In this document: positions 48,597-58,341 of the stretch, in pieces
Position numbering within the stretch: position 1 is the stretch's first letter
Layout of the letters: each line of letters starts with the position of its first letter
The notes under the pieces: model-generated
What the model was told of the DNA's origin: nothing
The model's input: the letters and a program-made list of their open reading frames with translations, nothing else
Databases searched by the model: none
Made by a program: the position numbers and the translations under genes
From: Planctomycetota bacterium
GTDB taxonomy: Bacteria > Planctomycetota > B15-G4
Length of the DNA: 64,000 nt
Assembly (NCBI GenBank): GCA_038212275.1
Contig: JBBQUR010000001.1
Coordinates: 64,001-128,000, forward strand
Direction of reading: 5' to 3'

Positions 48597-49586
48597 TCAG
48601 GGAACCAGTGATTTCCACTGGGCGCTTTGCGGCCCGGGATCCACTCCGTAGATCTCCACCAGCGCGGCATGTGCCGTCGTGGATTCGATATCACGTGAAC
48701 TGTCCAGCATCGCAAGGAGCAGCGGAGCCGCTGCTCGCGAACGAGCCGCCCCCAGTGCGGCCGCCATGCTGGCACGTACCAGCGGCACGTCTTCGCCAGG
48801 AAGCGCGTCGAGCAGTCTGGTGGTGAGCATCGGAGATGGATGCCGTCTCGCGATGGCTGCCGCATGCAGCCGGACCTTGGGCTCCTTGTCGGCCAATGCC
48901 ACCAGCAGGCTATCGAGTGCGATCGGGAGACTCTGCTCGTTCAGCACGGCGCCGACCGCAAGAGTGGCGTTGCTGCGGACATCCGGATCATGGTGCTGCA
49001 CCATCAAGTCGAGCAATGGACGCAACGGAGTGTTTTCGTCCTGAAGTTTCCACAGGCCGAGCAGGACGTTCCGGAGCAGGGCGTCGTCACGGGTCTGAAG
49101 GGCCTGACTGAGCGCAGCCAATGCTCGGGCATGAGGAGAATCGACCTTCGCGTTGTTCGCTGGCACTCGTGCGAAGCCAAGCGCCCATGCCGCGACGAGT
49201 TGGCGTTCTCGCGCACCCCTGTCCAAGGCCGCAAGGACCGCATCGATGTTGACGACCACCTTGAGGGTGAGGATTCGCTCGATGGGGGCCTCACGTCCCT
49301 TCCGCTGCTCGCTCTCCCATGCAGGGAGCAGTCGTTCTAGCGAGGTCATCAGTGCTGAAGGGTCCTCGGTTTGTCCCAGCGCGACGGCCTGCGAGATCTG
49401 CTGGAGGAAGTCAGCGTCCTCGGCGGCAACAAGTGCGGAGTCCCGCGCGGCCTGCGCCTCCGGGGAGATGTTTGCATCCGCCATGGCCTCGCCGGATTTC
49501 GTTGAAGCGTCTGGATTGTCCGGGGCGACGCAGGCAACTGTCGCAAGTGAGAGAACGACTGCCCTCAGGGAGAATCTGGACTTCAT
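48597..49586 (-). CDS. HEAT-repeat lipoprotein
   Basis: Lipobox-like TVAC and HEAT units (DPDVRSNA, EPKVRLHAA, VPLVRASMA). Confidence 0.8.
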   Translation of the reverse strand: MKSRFSLRAVVLSLATVACVAPDNPDASTKSGEAMADANISPEAQAARDSALVAAEDADFLQQISQAVALGQTEDPSALMTSLERLLPAWESEQRKGREAPIERILTLKVVVNIDAVLAALDRGARERQLVAAWALGFARVPANNAKVDSPHARALAALSQALQTRDDALLRNVLLGLWKLQDENTPLRPLLDLMVQHHDPDVRSNATLAVGAVLNEQSLPIALDSLLVALADKEPKVRLHAAAIARRHPSPMLTTRLLDALPGEDVPLVRASMAAALGAARSRAAAPLLLAMLDSSRDIESTTAHAALVEIYGVDPGPQSAQWKSLVP

Positions 49587-50014
49587 GTGCTCTCCGACGA
49601 CAGAGGAGCGGCCAAACGTCCCTGACGAAGAGCTGCCAGCGTCTGAGCCGGAAGGCCGACGGGCCGGAAGCGCGTATCGAGGCAGCCAAGGCGCGTATGG
49701 CCTGTCGCCAGCCTGACCCCGGACTGATCCAGCAGCGTGTACTGAAAGGCAAGGCTTGCGCGGCCCAGTTCCGACAGCACGACCTCCAGCCGGAGTTCCT
49801 CATCGAAGCGCGCCGGCTGCAAGTAGCGGACGCTGGTCTCCACGACCACCAGGCGGTAGCCGTCTCGCTCCAGCCGGGCATAGTCGCTGCCCGAAGCTCG
49901 CAGGTATTCCGTACGCCCGACGTCGAAGTACACTAGGTAGTTTGCATGGTAGACGATGCCCATGCCGTCTACCTCGGCGTAGCGGGGCCTTATCGCCACG
50001 GTGAACGGGTCCAT
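49583..50014 (-). CDS. Acyl-CoA thioesterase (YbgC/FadM, 4HBT family)
   Basis: RYAEVDGMGIVYHANYLVYFDVGRTE and YLQPARFDE. Confidence 0.9.
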   Translation of the reverse strand: MDPFTVAIRPRYAEVDGMGIVYHANYLVYFDVGRTEYLRASGSDYARLERDGYRLVVVETSVRYLQPARFDEELRLEVVLSELGRASLAFQYTLLDQSGVRLATGHTRLGCLDTRFRPVGLPAQTLAALRQGRLAAPLSSEST

Positions 50015-50076
50015 GCTTGAACACCTTGTGAAACAACCCTGTTCCGCGCAAGGGGGCATTGCGTGATCATGGCAGG

Positions 50077-50445
50077 ATGAGACCACCGTCCCTGATTGTT
50101 GCGCTCGCGGCCTGGGCTATCCCCGGACTGGGGCATCTGCTGCTCGGCCGAGTGGCCAAGGCCTGCTACTTCGGGGGCCTTGTGCTGGGCGTGTTCGCGC
50201 TCGGCTTGTGGCTCAGCCAAGGTGCCGCCGTGTCATCGGCTCGCTTTCCGTGGCATATCTACGGTCAACGTGGTGCAGGAATCGTTGCGTGGCTGGCCGA
50301 CAGGTTCCTCGGGGCAGCCCCACAGGCACGCACGATTGACAGGCTCGAGCTTGGAGTCGTTTTCACGACTGTTGCAGGCATCATGAACGTGATTGCGATC
50401 GTCGATGCGTATGAAATCGCGCGACGCAGAAAGGTGGCGTCATGA
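50077..50445 (+). CDS. DUF6677-like membrane protein
   Basis: AWAIPGLGHLLLGR and ELGVVFTTVAGIMNVIAIVDAY. Confidence 0.75.
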   Translation: MRPPSLIVALAAWAIPGLGHLLLGRVAKACYFGGLVLGVFALGLWLSQGAAVSSARFPWHIYGQRGAGIVAWLADRFLGAAPQARTIDRLELGVVFTTVAGIMNVIAIVDAYEIARRRKVAS

Positions 50446-50642
50446 CTGTCGGACCCATGTCGCTAGGTGAGCACGCTTTCTGGTTCACGGTGCTCTCCCT
50501 GTTCGTCTTCCTTGTCTACAACGCACTTCATGTGGACTCGGTGGCGGAAGCAGCACGTCATGGAGTGCGGCGGTGGTTCGTGTTCGTACTGGGAACGGCT
50601 GTTCTCGCGCTTGTGTCCAACCTGCTGTCCAGCTACCTCTGA
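50442..50642 (+). CDS. Small two-TM membrane protein
   Basis: ATGA overlap with the upstream gene and two hydrophobic helices. Confidence 0.65.
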   Translation: MTVGPMSLGEHAFWFTVLSLFVFLVYNALHVDSVAEAARHGVRRWFVFVLGTAVLALVSNLLSSYL

Positions 50643-50646
50643 AGCA

Positions 50647-51762
50647 TCACTTCGAATCCGGATTCTGTGCCGCAAACCGGCCTCCCGGGAGTCGCCTCAA
50701 CAGCCCTTGCAACTCAAGGGCTATGACGCCGGAGAGCACTTCACGCGTACTCCTGTCGGTCGCCTGCGCGAGTTCGTCAATGTCAAGCGTTCGACGGCCG
50801 AGAGCTGCCAGCAATGGGTCCCGCGGGGCGACTCGGAGGTGATCTGGTGCAGGCATCGGCCCGCGAATCGCGAACATCAGAGAACTCACGTCCAGAATGG
50901 GCGTGGCTCCCTCCGCGATCAACTTGTTGCAGCCAGCCGATTGATCACTATCGATCGGGCCCGGTACGGCGAGCACATCGCGCCCCAGTTCCAGTGCGTG
51001 GCTGGCCGTAATCAAGGCGCCGCTTCGCAGTCCCGCCTCTACGACGAGCACCTGTCGGGACAGTGCAGCAATCACGCGGTTCCTGCGCGGAAAGGCGACT
51101 CGGTCCGGACGCCGTCCTAGCGGGAACTCTGAAATGAGCGTGCCGCGCTCGGCGATGGCCGCCTGCAGTCCCCGATTTTCCGGGGGATAGGAAATGTCTA
51201 TTCCCGTCCCGAGCACGGCGACAGGCCAGCCGCCAAGATCCAAGGCTGCCTCCAGCGCGAACCGATCGACGCCGCGGGCCAAGCCGCTGACGATGACAAA
51301 ACCCGCACCTGCCGCAGCGGATGCCAGCATCCGGGTCGACTGCTGCCCATAGTTCGTGGCCGCTCTCGATCCAACGATGGCGACAGCAGCTTGCTCGATG
51401 GGCCAGCGGCCTCGAATCGAAAGCAGGAGAGGTGGCTGATAGAGGTGATGCAGCGCACCGGGGTAGTCTGCGGCATCATGCGGAACAATCCTTATTCCCT
51501 CGGCCCTGCAGCGCTGCAACTCTGCAACCGCGGCGCGACCATCACGTAGCCTGTCGAGACACTCGACCTTCCACGGTGAAAGACCGGCCGCTCTCCACGC
51601 GTCCGGGTGAGCTCCCATCCACCCGGTGGCCGACCCAATGGCTGAGAGCATGCAAGCCTCGTCCCTGGCCGAGCAGTTGGCCAAGTGCATGCACATCCGC
51701 TGCAGGCCAGTGCAACTGGCACCGGCCCCGTCGGTCGGAAGCCCCGTCTCCTCTGAGTTCAT
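50647..51762 (-). CDS. dprA: DNA-processing protein DprA
   Basis: AIVGSR, IVSGLARGVD, VLGTGID..YP, FPRRNRVI, VVEAGLRSGALITA, GCNKLI and a C-terminal winged helix. Confidence 0.95.
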   Translation of the reverse strand: MNSEETGLPTDGAGASCTGLQRMCMHLANCSARDEACMLSAIGSATGWMGAHPDAWRAAGLSPWKVECLDRLRDGRAAVAELQRCRAEGIRIVPHDAADYPGALHHLYQPPLLLSIRGRWPIEQAAVAIVGSRAATNYGQQSTRMLASAAAGAGFVIVSGLARGVDRFALEAALDLGGWPVAVLGTGIDISYPPENRGLQAAIAERGTLISEFPLGRRPDRVAFPRRNRVIAALSRQVLVVEAGLRSGALITASHALELGRDVLAVPGPIDSDQSAGCNKLIAEGATPILDVSSLMFAIRGPMPAPDHLRVAPRDPLLAALGRRTLDIDELAQATDRSTREVLSGVIALELQGLLRRLPGGRFAAQNPDSK

Positions 51763-51840
51763 GACGATGGGGACGGAGGGAGGGCGCGCGGGTTACGTTT
51801 TCGCGCGCGTTTCGGCCGATAGGGCTTGAGGCCGACAAGG

Positions 51841-51870
51841 TTGGACCAAATTCCATGCCAAGGGTAGACT
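51841..51870 (+). promoter_or_regulatory. Candidate sigma70-type promoter
   Basis: TTGGAC-N18-TAGACT, with the same -35 hexamer and spacing as the tRNA promoter. Confidence 0.5.
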
Positions 51871-51908
51871 TCTGACTTGGCCCGTTATTGCATCTTCTTG
51901 AGGCACAA

Positions 51909-54900
51909 GTGGTTACGACTGTCGTCCGACTTCCCCGGTTGATCCTTTTGATGCTGCTGATCGCCTCAGCGGCCACGGCCCAATCGACCGTGATGCTCAA
52001 GACCATGTCGGGTACCCGAGGCTTCGAAGCCCAGGGAAAGGGGGGCGTGTCAGGGACTCCGTCCAAGCCGATCCAAGGAATGCTTGGTGCGAGCTCGGCG
52101 CTCGTGGACCTGAATGCCGACGGATATGACGACCTCGTCGTCGGTGCGCCTTCCCTGCCGACAAGCCCCAACATGGGCGTCCTTGATGATGCGGGGCACG
52201 TCTACGTTCGTTTTGGCGGCCCTGGTTTGGGGCTCCCGGGCGATGGCGGCAACTTCAACTTCGCAAGTTTCACCGCGGGATCCGCTGTTGACCTCTTCGG
52301 TGAGCCCGGGGACCGGGCCGGTGCATCCATCGCCGCCGCTGGCGATGTCAATGGAGACGGTGTTCAGGATGTGATCATCGGAACTCCGGGCCGATCGTTC
52401 GGCGGCCGCAATGCGGCTGGAGGCGCCTATGTGGTGTTCGGCCGCGCCGACCTGGCCAGCCTTCCAACAGTCGTTTCGCTGTCCGCACTGGCCGCTGGCG
52501 TTGCCAACCGTGCCGTCTTCGTACTTGGCGCGAGGGCGTTGAGTGGCTCCGGGACCTCCGTCGGTGGCGGAGTAGACGTGAATGGTGACGGTCGGGATGA
52601 CCTCATCCTGGGAGCGCCACTGGATTCGACGAATGGTCACTCTCAAAACGGAACGGCGACCGTGCTCTATGGACAGGCCGGGTTTCCAGCCTTGACCACC
52701 ATCGATCTGGCGACGCAAGCGGCTGGCCAGGTCACCGTCGTGCACGGAATCGCGGATCTCCAGCTTGTTGGATTCTCGGTGGCGGGGATCGGGCGATTCG
52801 ATCCTGTCCTCCCGATGACAAACAACCTTACGAGCCTGTTCCTGGGCGATGACGTCGCCATTGGAGCTCCCGGTACAACACTGGGCGCGAAATTCTTTGC
52901 CGGTGCGGTCTACGTCCTTCGCGGAACGGTTGGCGTCGTTCCGGCTGCGTCGTACACCACCGCCGATTTTGGAAATGGCTCCTTCAAGGCCGGTGTGGCG
53001 TATACGGGAAACGTTGCCGGAGATCAGGCCGGGTTCGCAGTGTCGACCGCGGGCGATGTGATCTTCGACGGGCAGGGGTTTGATGATTTCTTCATCACGG
53101 CTCCCTACAGCGACGGGATCGGTCGCCCGGACAGCGGCTCTATCTATGTCATCGGCGGGAATTTTCTCGGGGCCAATCCAGTTGGATTCGACCTTGGTCA
53201 GGTTGGCCTGGGAAGCCCGTCAATCATCGCGATTCACATTCAGGGTGCGGCAACAAATGATGGAAGTCTTGGCGTGGTCGCCACGAACGCGGGCGACTGG
53301 AACGGAGACAACCTGCCGGATCTCCTCATCGGCTTTCCCAATGCAACCGTCGTCAATAATGCAAACGTCTACGTCGGTGCGGGGCGCGCGAGGATTCTCA
53401 ACGGCGCAGTCGTCCTGACATCGGCCGGCACGGTGGACCTGAGCAACACTGTGGCCGGATACGAGTTGTTCCAGATGCAGGGTGAAGTCACTGGTGCTCA
53501 CGTGGGTGTCGGAATTGCTGCCGGCGATATCAACGGTGACGGCCAGAAAGATGTCTCGGTCGGCGCTGATCGAGCCCCTTCGGATCCGCTCCCAGGTGAC
53601 CCGACCGGCCTGGTGAACCAGAATACCGGACGGGCGCACGTGGTTTACGGCCCTGTGCTGCGGCTCGATGGCATCGTGCCGACCGTGTCGCACTTCGGCG
53701 GGCCGGCAGTCACGCTGACCGCGCAGAATGTCTCGCCTTCCACGCAGGTGCTTGTGGATGGAAAGAACGCGACCATCACCGCCTTGCTGTCCGGCGACAC
53801 GGGGAGCATCACATTTTCCCCCCCCAAGCCGGTGGTTGCCGGCAACCTGGCCGATATCAGCCTCAACACCGGATCCGGCGACATCACGTACAAGGATTCG
53901 TTGCAGTACACGTTGCTTTCCGTGACAACGGGCCCGAGCCCAAGCTCGGGATTCGCCACGAGCTCTGTGAGTTTCACCGGAAAGGGATTCTCAAGCGCAG
54001 GCGATACCACTGTGATGATTCGCGACGGTGCCCAACTGTTCCCGGCGTCGGTGACGGCAGTCGACGGTGTGGCCGGGACGATGACCGTTCAGCTGCCGGC
54101 CGGCCCTCAGGGAGACTCGCCGTTGGACGTTCTCATCACGAACAGCAACGGCATGACGACCATTGCCGGCGGATTGACTTACCTTTCGCTCGTGGTCGGC
54201 GCGGTGAATCCACCCATGGCGCCCCAGACCTCGGGAATCTTTGCAGCAGGTGCGCAACCGTACGAAGGGCAGCCTGCCGTCGCCGCGACGGTGATCGTGA
54301 CGGCGGCCAGCGGCTCGGTTCCTGGTGACCTCGAGTTGGAGTTCGGGACGCCCGCTCTCGGCTACAGGAAGGCGACAATCACGGGTATTGCCGGAAACAT
54401 GGTTGGTGTGCTGGTTCCGGCGTTTCTGCTTGGCCCACAGACGGTTGTCGATGTTCGCGCTACCGGAGGTGGCGATTCCGGTGTGAACTTCGGTGCATTC
54501 ACCTACCTTGCAAGCGACTTCCATGAGTTCAAGCAATATGAGAAGACGGGGTTCGGCGCGACGGCGCCCCGCACTCTCATGGCCGGTGAGTTCAAGACCG
54601 GCGGAAAAGTGTTGCTCCAGATGTCGAACTGGCCCCCGCAGAATCAGCTGGGGTTGCTTTTCATCGGTATCGGACTCATGGATCCGCCGCTGCCCATCAA
54701 GGGTGGTCTCTTTCCCATCAACACAGGTCTTCCATACTTCACCTTCTTCTACCCGTTCCCGGGATTGTCCGGACTCTCTCTCCCAACGACGCTTCCTGCC
54801 CTGGATCCGGCCGCCGAGGGGTTTCCGATCTACATGCACACCTTGACCAAGGAAGCGCAGGGCGGTCAGGTCCGGTACGGCTTCTCGAACCTGTTGTCGG

Positions 54901-54923
54901 CGACGATCAACAACATTCCCTGA
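51909..54923 (+). CDS. Secreted integrin-alpha-like FG-GAP beta-propeller protein with IPT/TIG domains and the shared C-terminal domain
   Basis: Signal peptide, repeated GDVNGDG.DD.IIGAP...G.AYV..G units and about three Ig-like/TIG segments. Start uncertain (51888-51950). Confidence 0.85.
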   Translation: MVTTVVRLPRLILLMLLIASAATAQSTVMLKTMSGTRGFEAQGKGGVSGTPSKPIQGMLGASSALVDLNADGYDDLVVGAPSLPTSPNMGVLDDAGHVYVRFGGPGLGLPGDGGNFNFASFTAGSAVDLFGEPGDRAGASIAAAGDVNGDGVQDVIIGTPGRSFGGRNAAGGAYVVFGRADLASLPTVVSLSALAAGVANRAVFVLGARALSGSGTSVGGGVDVNGDGRDDLILGAPLDSTNGHSQNGTATVLYGQAGFPALTTIDLATQAAGQVTVVHGIADLQLVGFSVAGIGRFDPVLPMTNNLTSLFLGDDVAIGAPGTTLGAKFFAGAVYVLRGTVGVVPAASYTTADFGNGSFKAGVAYTGNVAGDQAGFAVSTAGDVIFDGQGFDDFFITAPYSDGIGRPDSGSIYVIGGNFLGANPVGFDLGQVGLGSPSIIAIHIQGAATNDGSLGVVATNAGDWNGDNLPDLLIGFPNATVVNNANVYVGAGRARILNGAVVLTSAGTVDLSNTVAGYELFQMQGEVTGAHVGVGIAAGDINGDGQKDVSVGADRAPSDPLPGDPTGLVNQNTGRAHVVYGPVLRLDGIVPTVSHFGGPAVTLTAQNVSPSTQVLVDGKNATITALLSGDTGSITFSPPKPVVAGNLADISLNTGSGDITYKDSLQYTLLSVTTGPSPSSGFATSSVSFTGKGFSSAGDTTVMIRDGAQLFPASVTAVDGVAGTMTVQLPAGPQGDSPLDVLITNSNGMTTIAGGLTYLSLVVGAVNPPMAPQTSGIFAAGAQPYEGQPAVAATVIVTAASGSVPGDLELEFGTPALGYRKATITGIAGNMVGVLVPAFLLGPQTVVDVRATGGGDSGVNFGAFTYLASDFHEFKQYEKTGFGATAPRTLMAGEFKTGGKVLLQMSNWPPQNQLGLLFIGIGLMDPPLPIKGGLFPINTGLPYFTFFYPFPGLSGLSLPTTLPALDPAAEGFPIYMHTLTKEAQGGQVRYGFSNLLSATINNIP

Positions 54924-54996
54924 TGCGAACTCCGCCGCAGTGGCTCTGAGTTCATGTTCGGATGAACCGTGCTCAGGTCCGCCAGCTGGAATCGGC

Positions 54997-55665
54997 TCAC
55001 ACCAGCAGATCGAGCAAGCTGGACAAGGCCTTTCTTCCCTGGCTTCCTGAGTCCACGCGCAGCCCGAGACGGTGGTGGAGCGCCTCCCGTGCCACACGCG
55101 CAACGGTTGCGGACAGCTTCACTGTCTCGTGGCTCTCAGGCAAATCGATGTCGACCTCGAGCCGAGTTCCTTCGGCGAACCAGTTGGCTGAGGTTCGGAC
55201 AGTGCGGATCCCGATGCCACTTGGCGAGACATCCACGAGCTTGCCGCGCACCTCGCTGCGCTCGCCGCGAATCGTCACCGAGAGCCGCACAGTGAACTCC
55301 CGGCCGAACACCCGCTCCCCACGGCGGCGCTGGCAAGGCGCGACGAGCGACGGCGCTTCCAGGAGCACGCGGGCCGAGCTCGGGCGATCCTTGAACGGCG
55401 TCCAGTCGTGAATGGAGGTCAGAAACGTGTGCACCGCGCCTTCGCCGTCGGTGAAGAATCCGCGGACTGCAGCTCCCTGCCTCATCTGGCCGACAAATCC
55501 ATCCGGCAATGCGGCCGTGAGCTGGGGACGACCGCGCTCGTCAGCGGGCAGGAAGGCGCCCGAGCACTGCACGATCTCGCCGTTGACGAGAATCCATAGC
55601 TCGAGGGGATGTCCACCGGCACAGGCTCCGGCCAGCGGCGGTGGCAGCACGTGTGTTGCACCCAT
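54997..55665 (-). CDS. PilZ-domain (c-di-GMP-binding) protein
   Basis: RxxxR (RRGER) and DxSxxG (DVSPSG) motifs. YcgR-like two-domain length. Confidence 0.72.
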   Translation of the reverse strand: MGATHVLPPPLAGACAGGHPLELWILVNGEIVQCSGAFLPADERGRPQLTAALPDGFVGQMRQGAAVRGFFTDGEGAVHTFLTSIHDWTPFKDRPSSARVLLEAPSLVAPCQRRRGERVFGREFTVRLSVTIRGERSEVRGKLVDVSPSGIGIRTVRTSANWFAEGTRLEVDIDLPESHETVKLSATVARVAREALHHRLGLRVDSGSQGRKALSSLLDLLV

Positions 55666-55785
55666 GTCCCCTTCGTCGGCTTGAAAGCGTCGCCAAGTTG
55701 AGCCTGCCGGTCAGGAAGCGGGGCCACGGGCTTGATGAGCGCCCAGCCGGCGGACGGTGGGGAAGGTCACTGCGGACGGATTCGC

Positions 55786-56853
55786 TCAAGGCGCCGCCAC
55801 CGCTTCAAGGGCTGATCGCAGCAGTTCCTTAGACGGGCCACGCAGCAATCGGATGCTTCCTGGTGCGTCCGGCAGGATGAAAAGCAGGTGGCCTGCACGG
55901 CGCTTCTTGTCATGGATCAGCTGCGAAATGACGGCTTCGGCGTGCCACGAAGCGGAAACAGGAAGCTCCCATCGCTTCAGCACCGCAGCCAGCCGGGACT
56001 GCAGTCCCGGACCACCACCCGTCAGGGCAGCAAGCCGGGCGGCACACAGCAAGCCGAGTCCGACGGCCTCGCCATGGCGCAGTGAACGTCGCGTACTACC
56101 CTTTGCTCGATGCGGGGCATGCGTCTCGTCGTCGCCGAGTGAGAGTGCTTCAAACGCGTGACCGAACGTGTGACCGAGGTTGAGAAACTGTCGATCGCCC
56201 TCGTCAAAGGGGTCTCTCGCGACCAGTTCCAGCTTCACGGCCAGGCAGCGCTCCACGAGAGTTGCAATGTGTGGCCCTCCGGCTGCAATGTCTGCCGGCT
56301 GACAGCCCGAGACCGCGTCGAGCAGCGCATCACCGGAAATCAGCGCCGTCTTCAGTGCTTCGGCGAGCCCTGCGCGTATTTCAGCTGCGGGCAAGCTGGT
56401 CAGCATGTCGGGATCAATGATGACAGCTTCGGGCGCGTGAAATGCACCGACACTGTTCTTGGCGCCTCCATGGTTGACCGCGGTTTTTCCGCCGAATGCC
56501 GCATCGATCTGACCGATGAGCGTCGTCGGGACGGCGCACCAGCGTATTCCTCGTCGGTGGAGTGACGCCGCGAGACCACCGATGTCGGTCACTACTCCGC
56601 CTCCGATCCCGATCAACTGGGCATCGCGGTCGAGACCGGCAGCCGACATGGTCTCCAGCAGGCTTCCGAGCGACGCCCAGTTCTTGCTGGATTCGCCGGC
56701 CCGCAGCACATGACGCGGCCATGCCGACAGCGCGGCCGGAAGCAGCCGGGAGACATTCTCATCCGTGACGACGAAGCGCCGGGGTGCCTCGGGCAGATGG
56801 CTTGGCAGATCGCCAAGTGCGCCTGCCCGGATCAGTACACTCGACGGATTCAC
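55786..56853 (-). CDS. aroB: 3-dehydroquinate synthase
   Basis: GESSK, GGGVVTD, PTTLIGQIDAAFGGKTAVN, LNLGHTFGH, HGEAV and HDKK. AGGAG before the GTG. Confidence 0.94.
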   Translation of the reverse strand: MNPSSVLIRAGALGDLPSHLPEAPRRFVVTDENVSRLLPAALSAWPRHVLRAGESSKNWASLGSLLETMSAAGLDRDAQLIGIGGGVVTDIGGLAASLHRRGIRWCAVPTTLIGQIDAAFGGKTAVNHGGAKNSVGAFHAPEAVIIDPDMLTSLPAAEIRAGLAEALKTALISGDALLDAVSGCQPADIAAGGPHIATLVERCLAVKLELVARDPFDEGDRQFLNLGHTFGHAFEALSLGDDETHAPHRAKGSTRRSLRHGEAVGLGLLCAARLAALTGGGPGLQSRLAAVLKRWELPVSASWHAEAVISQLIHDKKRRAGHLLFILPDAPGSIRLLRGPSKELLRSALEAVAAP

Positions 56854-56926
56854 GTGTCGTAACGCGCTCCTGCGTCGGGAGAGTCCGAGCGTTGGAGTCC
56901 TCGCGCGCGCGATTGCACCAAGTCGC

Positions 56927-58339
56927 TCATGTCGATGACGACGGCCCGGCGGGCCCGACACTGTCGGTAGGCCCGTCCTCCGGTGCCTTCTGCCTGCCCG
57001 CCCCGGTTTTCGTCGACAGGACTCCAGGGAGGCTTGCGAGTTTCTTGAGTCGGGTCATGCGCCGACTGCGCGCCGTGACGGCCTCCGATTCGTCGCGCCG
57101 GCTCATGAGCCAGGCTGCCAGGACGACCGTCGCCACGATACCGATCGTGATCTTGATGAGCAGCGGTGAGAAGTCGTTCTTTGGCGCGACGTATTTCTGC
57201 AGACGTCGAGCGATGACCACGGCTGCCGTGTAGGGCTGACCGAGCTGATTCTCGTAAGCGAAGCGCCGGAAGTAGATGCCGTCCGCGTCCACGACATCCA
57301 GCTTGGGCACGAGGCCCTCAGGCTTCTCGAACGTGATGAGCAGGGTCGCGCCGCTGTAGCTGGAAAGCCAGAGGTTCCACACGAAGGGGATGCCCAGCGG
57401 GTTCTCGCCGCGCGGTCCGAGCGGTACCTCCTGGACGGCTGCCAGCAAGCCGGATACGCGCAGCGCCTCACCGCGATGTGCGTCCGTGTTGCGCATGAGT
57501 TCGCTTGCCCTGAATTCCTGGGGCGGGGAGCCTTCCGGAAACATCGTCTCGAGCGAGGCCTGATTGACATAGGAGAGGAGTTCGTAGAACTCGGGACTCT
57601 CCAGAGGTCGACTCGCCTCGGTGAGGTCGTAGTCTCGAACGCGCAGGAAGAGGTCCGGCCGCAAAGCCGTCACCGGCTCGATGCGGTAGCTGCTCCGCAG
57701 CAGTTCCTCCCCGATGATGAGCGGCCCGGACGACGTGCTGCGGTCCGGCCGGAGCATGTCGTATTGCTTGAGGTAGAAGCCTGCCACCTTGATCACGTCG
57801 CCGACGCGCACCTCGAAGGGCTCCGTCACGACGAGGAAGTTCCAGGATCGTTCCTCCTCGTCCTTGATCTCTCCGCGAACCCGGTAGCCCTGGCTGTCGG
57901 TGATCGGCTCGAACCATTGCAGTTCGCCCAGTGCGTAGACGGCGTCCCCGCGATGATCCGCGCCGTGCTGCTCGAGTGCGACGCGGTCCGCCACCACCAT
58001 GCCGAGCTTCTCGAGGTCGCCGTAGACGAGCTGGGAGGCTTGCTCGAGCAGATGTGCGGCAGGTTCGCGCTCGATCTCGGCACGCTGCGCCGGCGTCGAG
58101 TCGGCGACGGACGCGAGCCTCTCGCTCTCGACGTGCGCCAGCGGTGCGGCTACTTTCGGCTCTTCCAGCGCAGCACTCGGCAGTGCCGCCTCCGGTGGAG
58201 CGGAACTCCTGTCCCTGTTGAAGAGGTAGAAGCCGAGGACCAGCAACGCCACGGCGCTGTATGCGACGAGCCGCCGCTGTTCTGTGCGAACGCGACCGGA
58301 CCCGCCGGCAAGCGTCCTGCTGAGCCGTTGCCTGTCCAT
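56927..58339 (-). CDS. Hypothetical protein with N- and C-terminal TM helices and a duplicated soluble domain
   Basis: Two TM segments and an internal repeat (HRGDAVYALGEL / HRGEALRVSGLL). Confidence 0.75.
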   Translation of the reverse strand: MDRQRLSRTLAGGSGRVRTEQRRLVAYSAVALLVLGFYLFNRDRSSAPPEAALPSAALEEPKVAAPLAHVESERLASVADSTPAQRAEIEREPAAHLLEQASQLVYGDLEKLGMVVADRVALEQHGADHRGDAVYALGELQWFEPITDSQGYRVRGEIKDEEERSWNFLVVTEPFEVRVGDVIKVAGFYLKQYDMLRPDRSTSSGPLIIGEELLRSSYRIEPVTALRPDLFLRVRDYDLTEASRPLESPEFYELLSYVNQASLETMFPEGSPPQEFRASELMRNTDAHRGEALRVSGLLAAVQEVPLGPRGENPLGIPFVWNLWLSSYSGATLLITFEKPEGLVPKLDVVDADGIYFRRFAYENQLGQPYTAAVVIARRLQKYVAPKNDFSPLLIKITIGIVATVVLAAWLMSRRDESEAVTARSRRMTRLKKLASLPGVLSTKTGAGRQKAPEDGPTDSVGPAGPSSST

Positions 58340-58341
58340 GA

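Noticed and set aside
50647..51762. dprA as evidence of natural competence
   Set aside because: dprA is widespread in non-competent bacteria and no other com genes are in the window.
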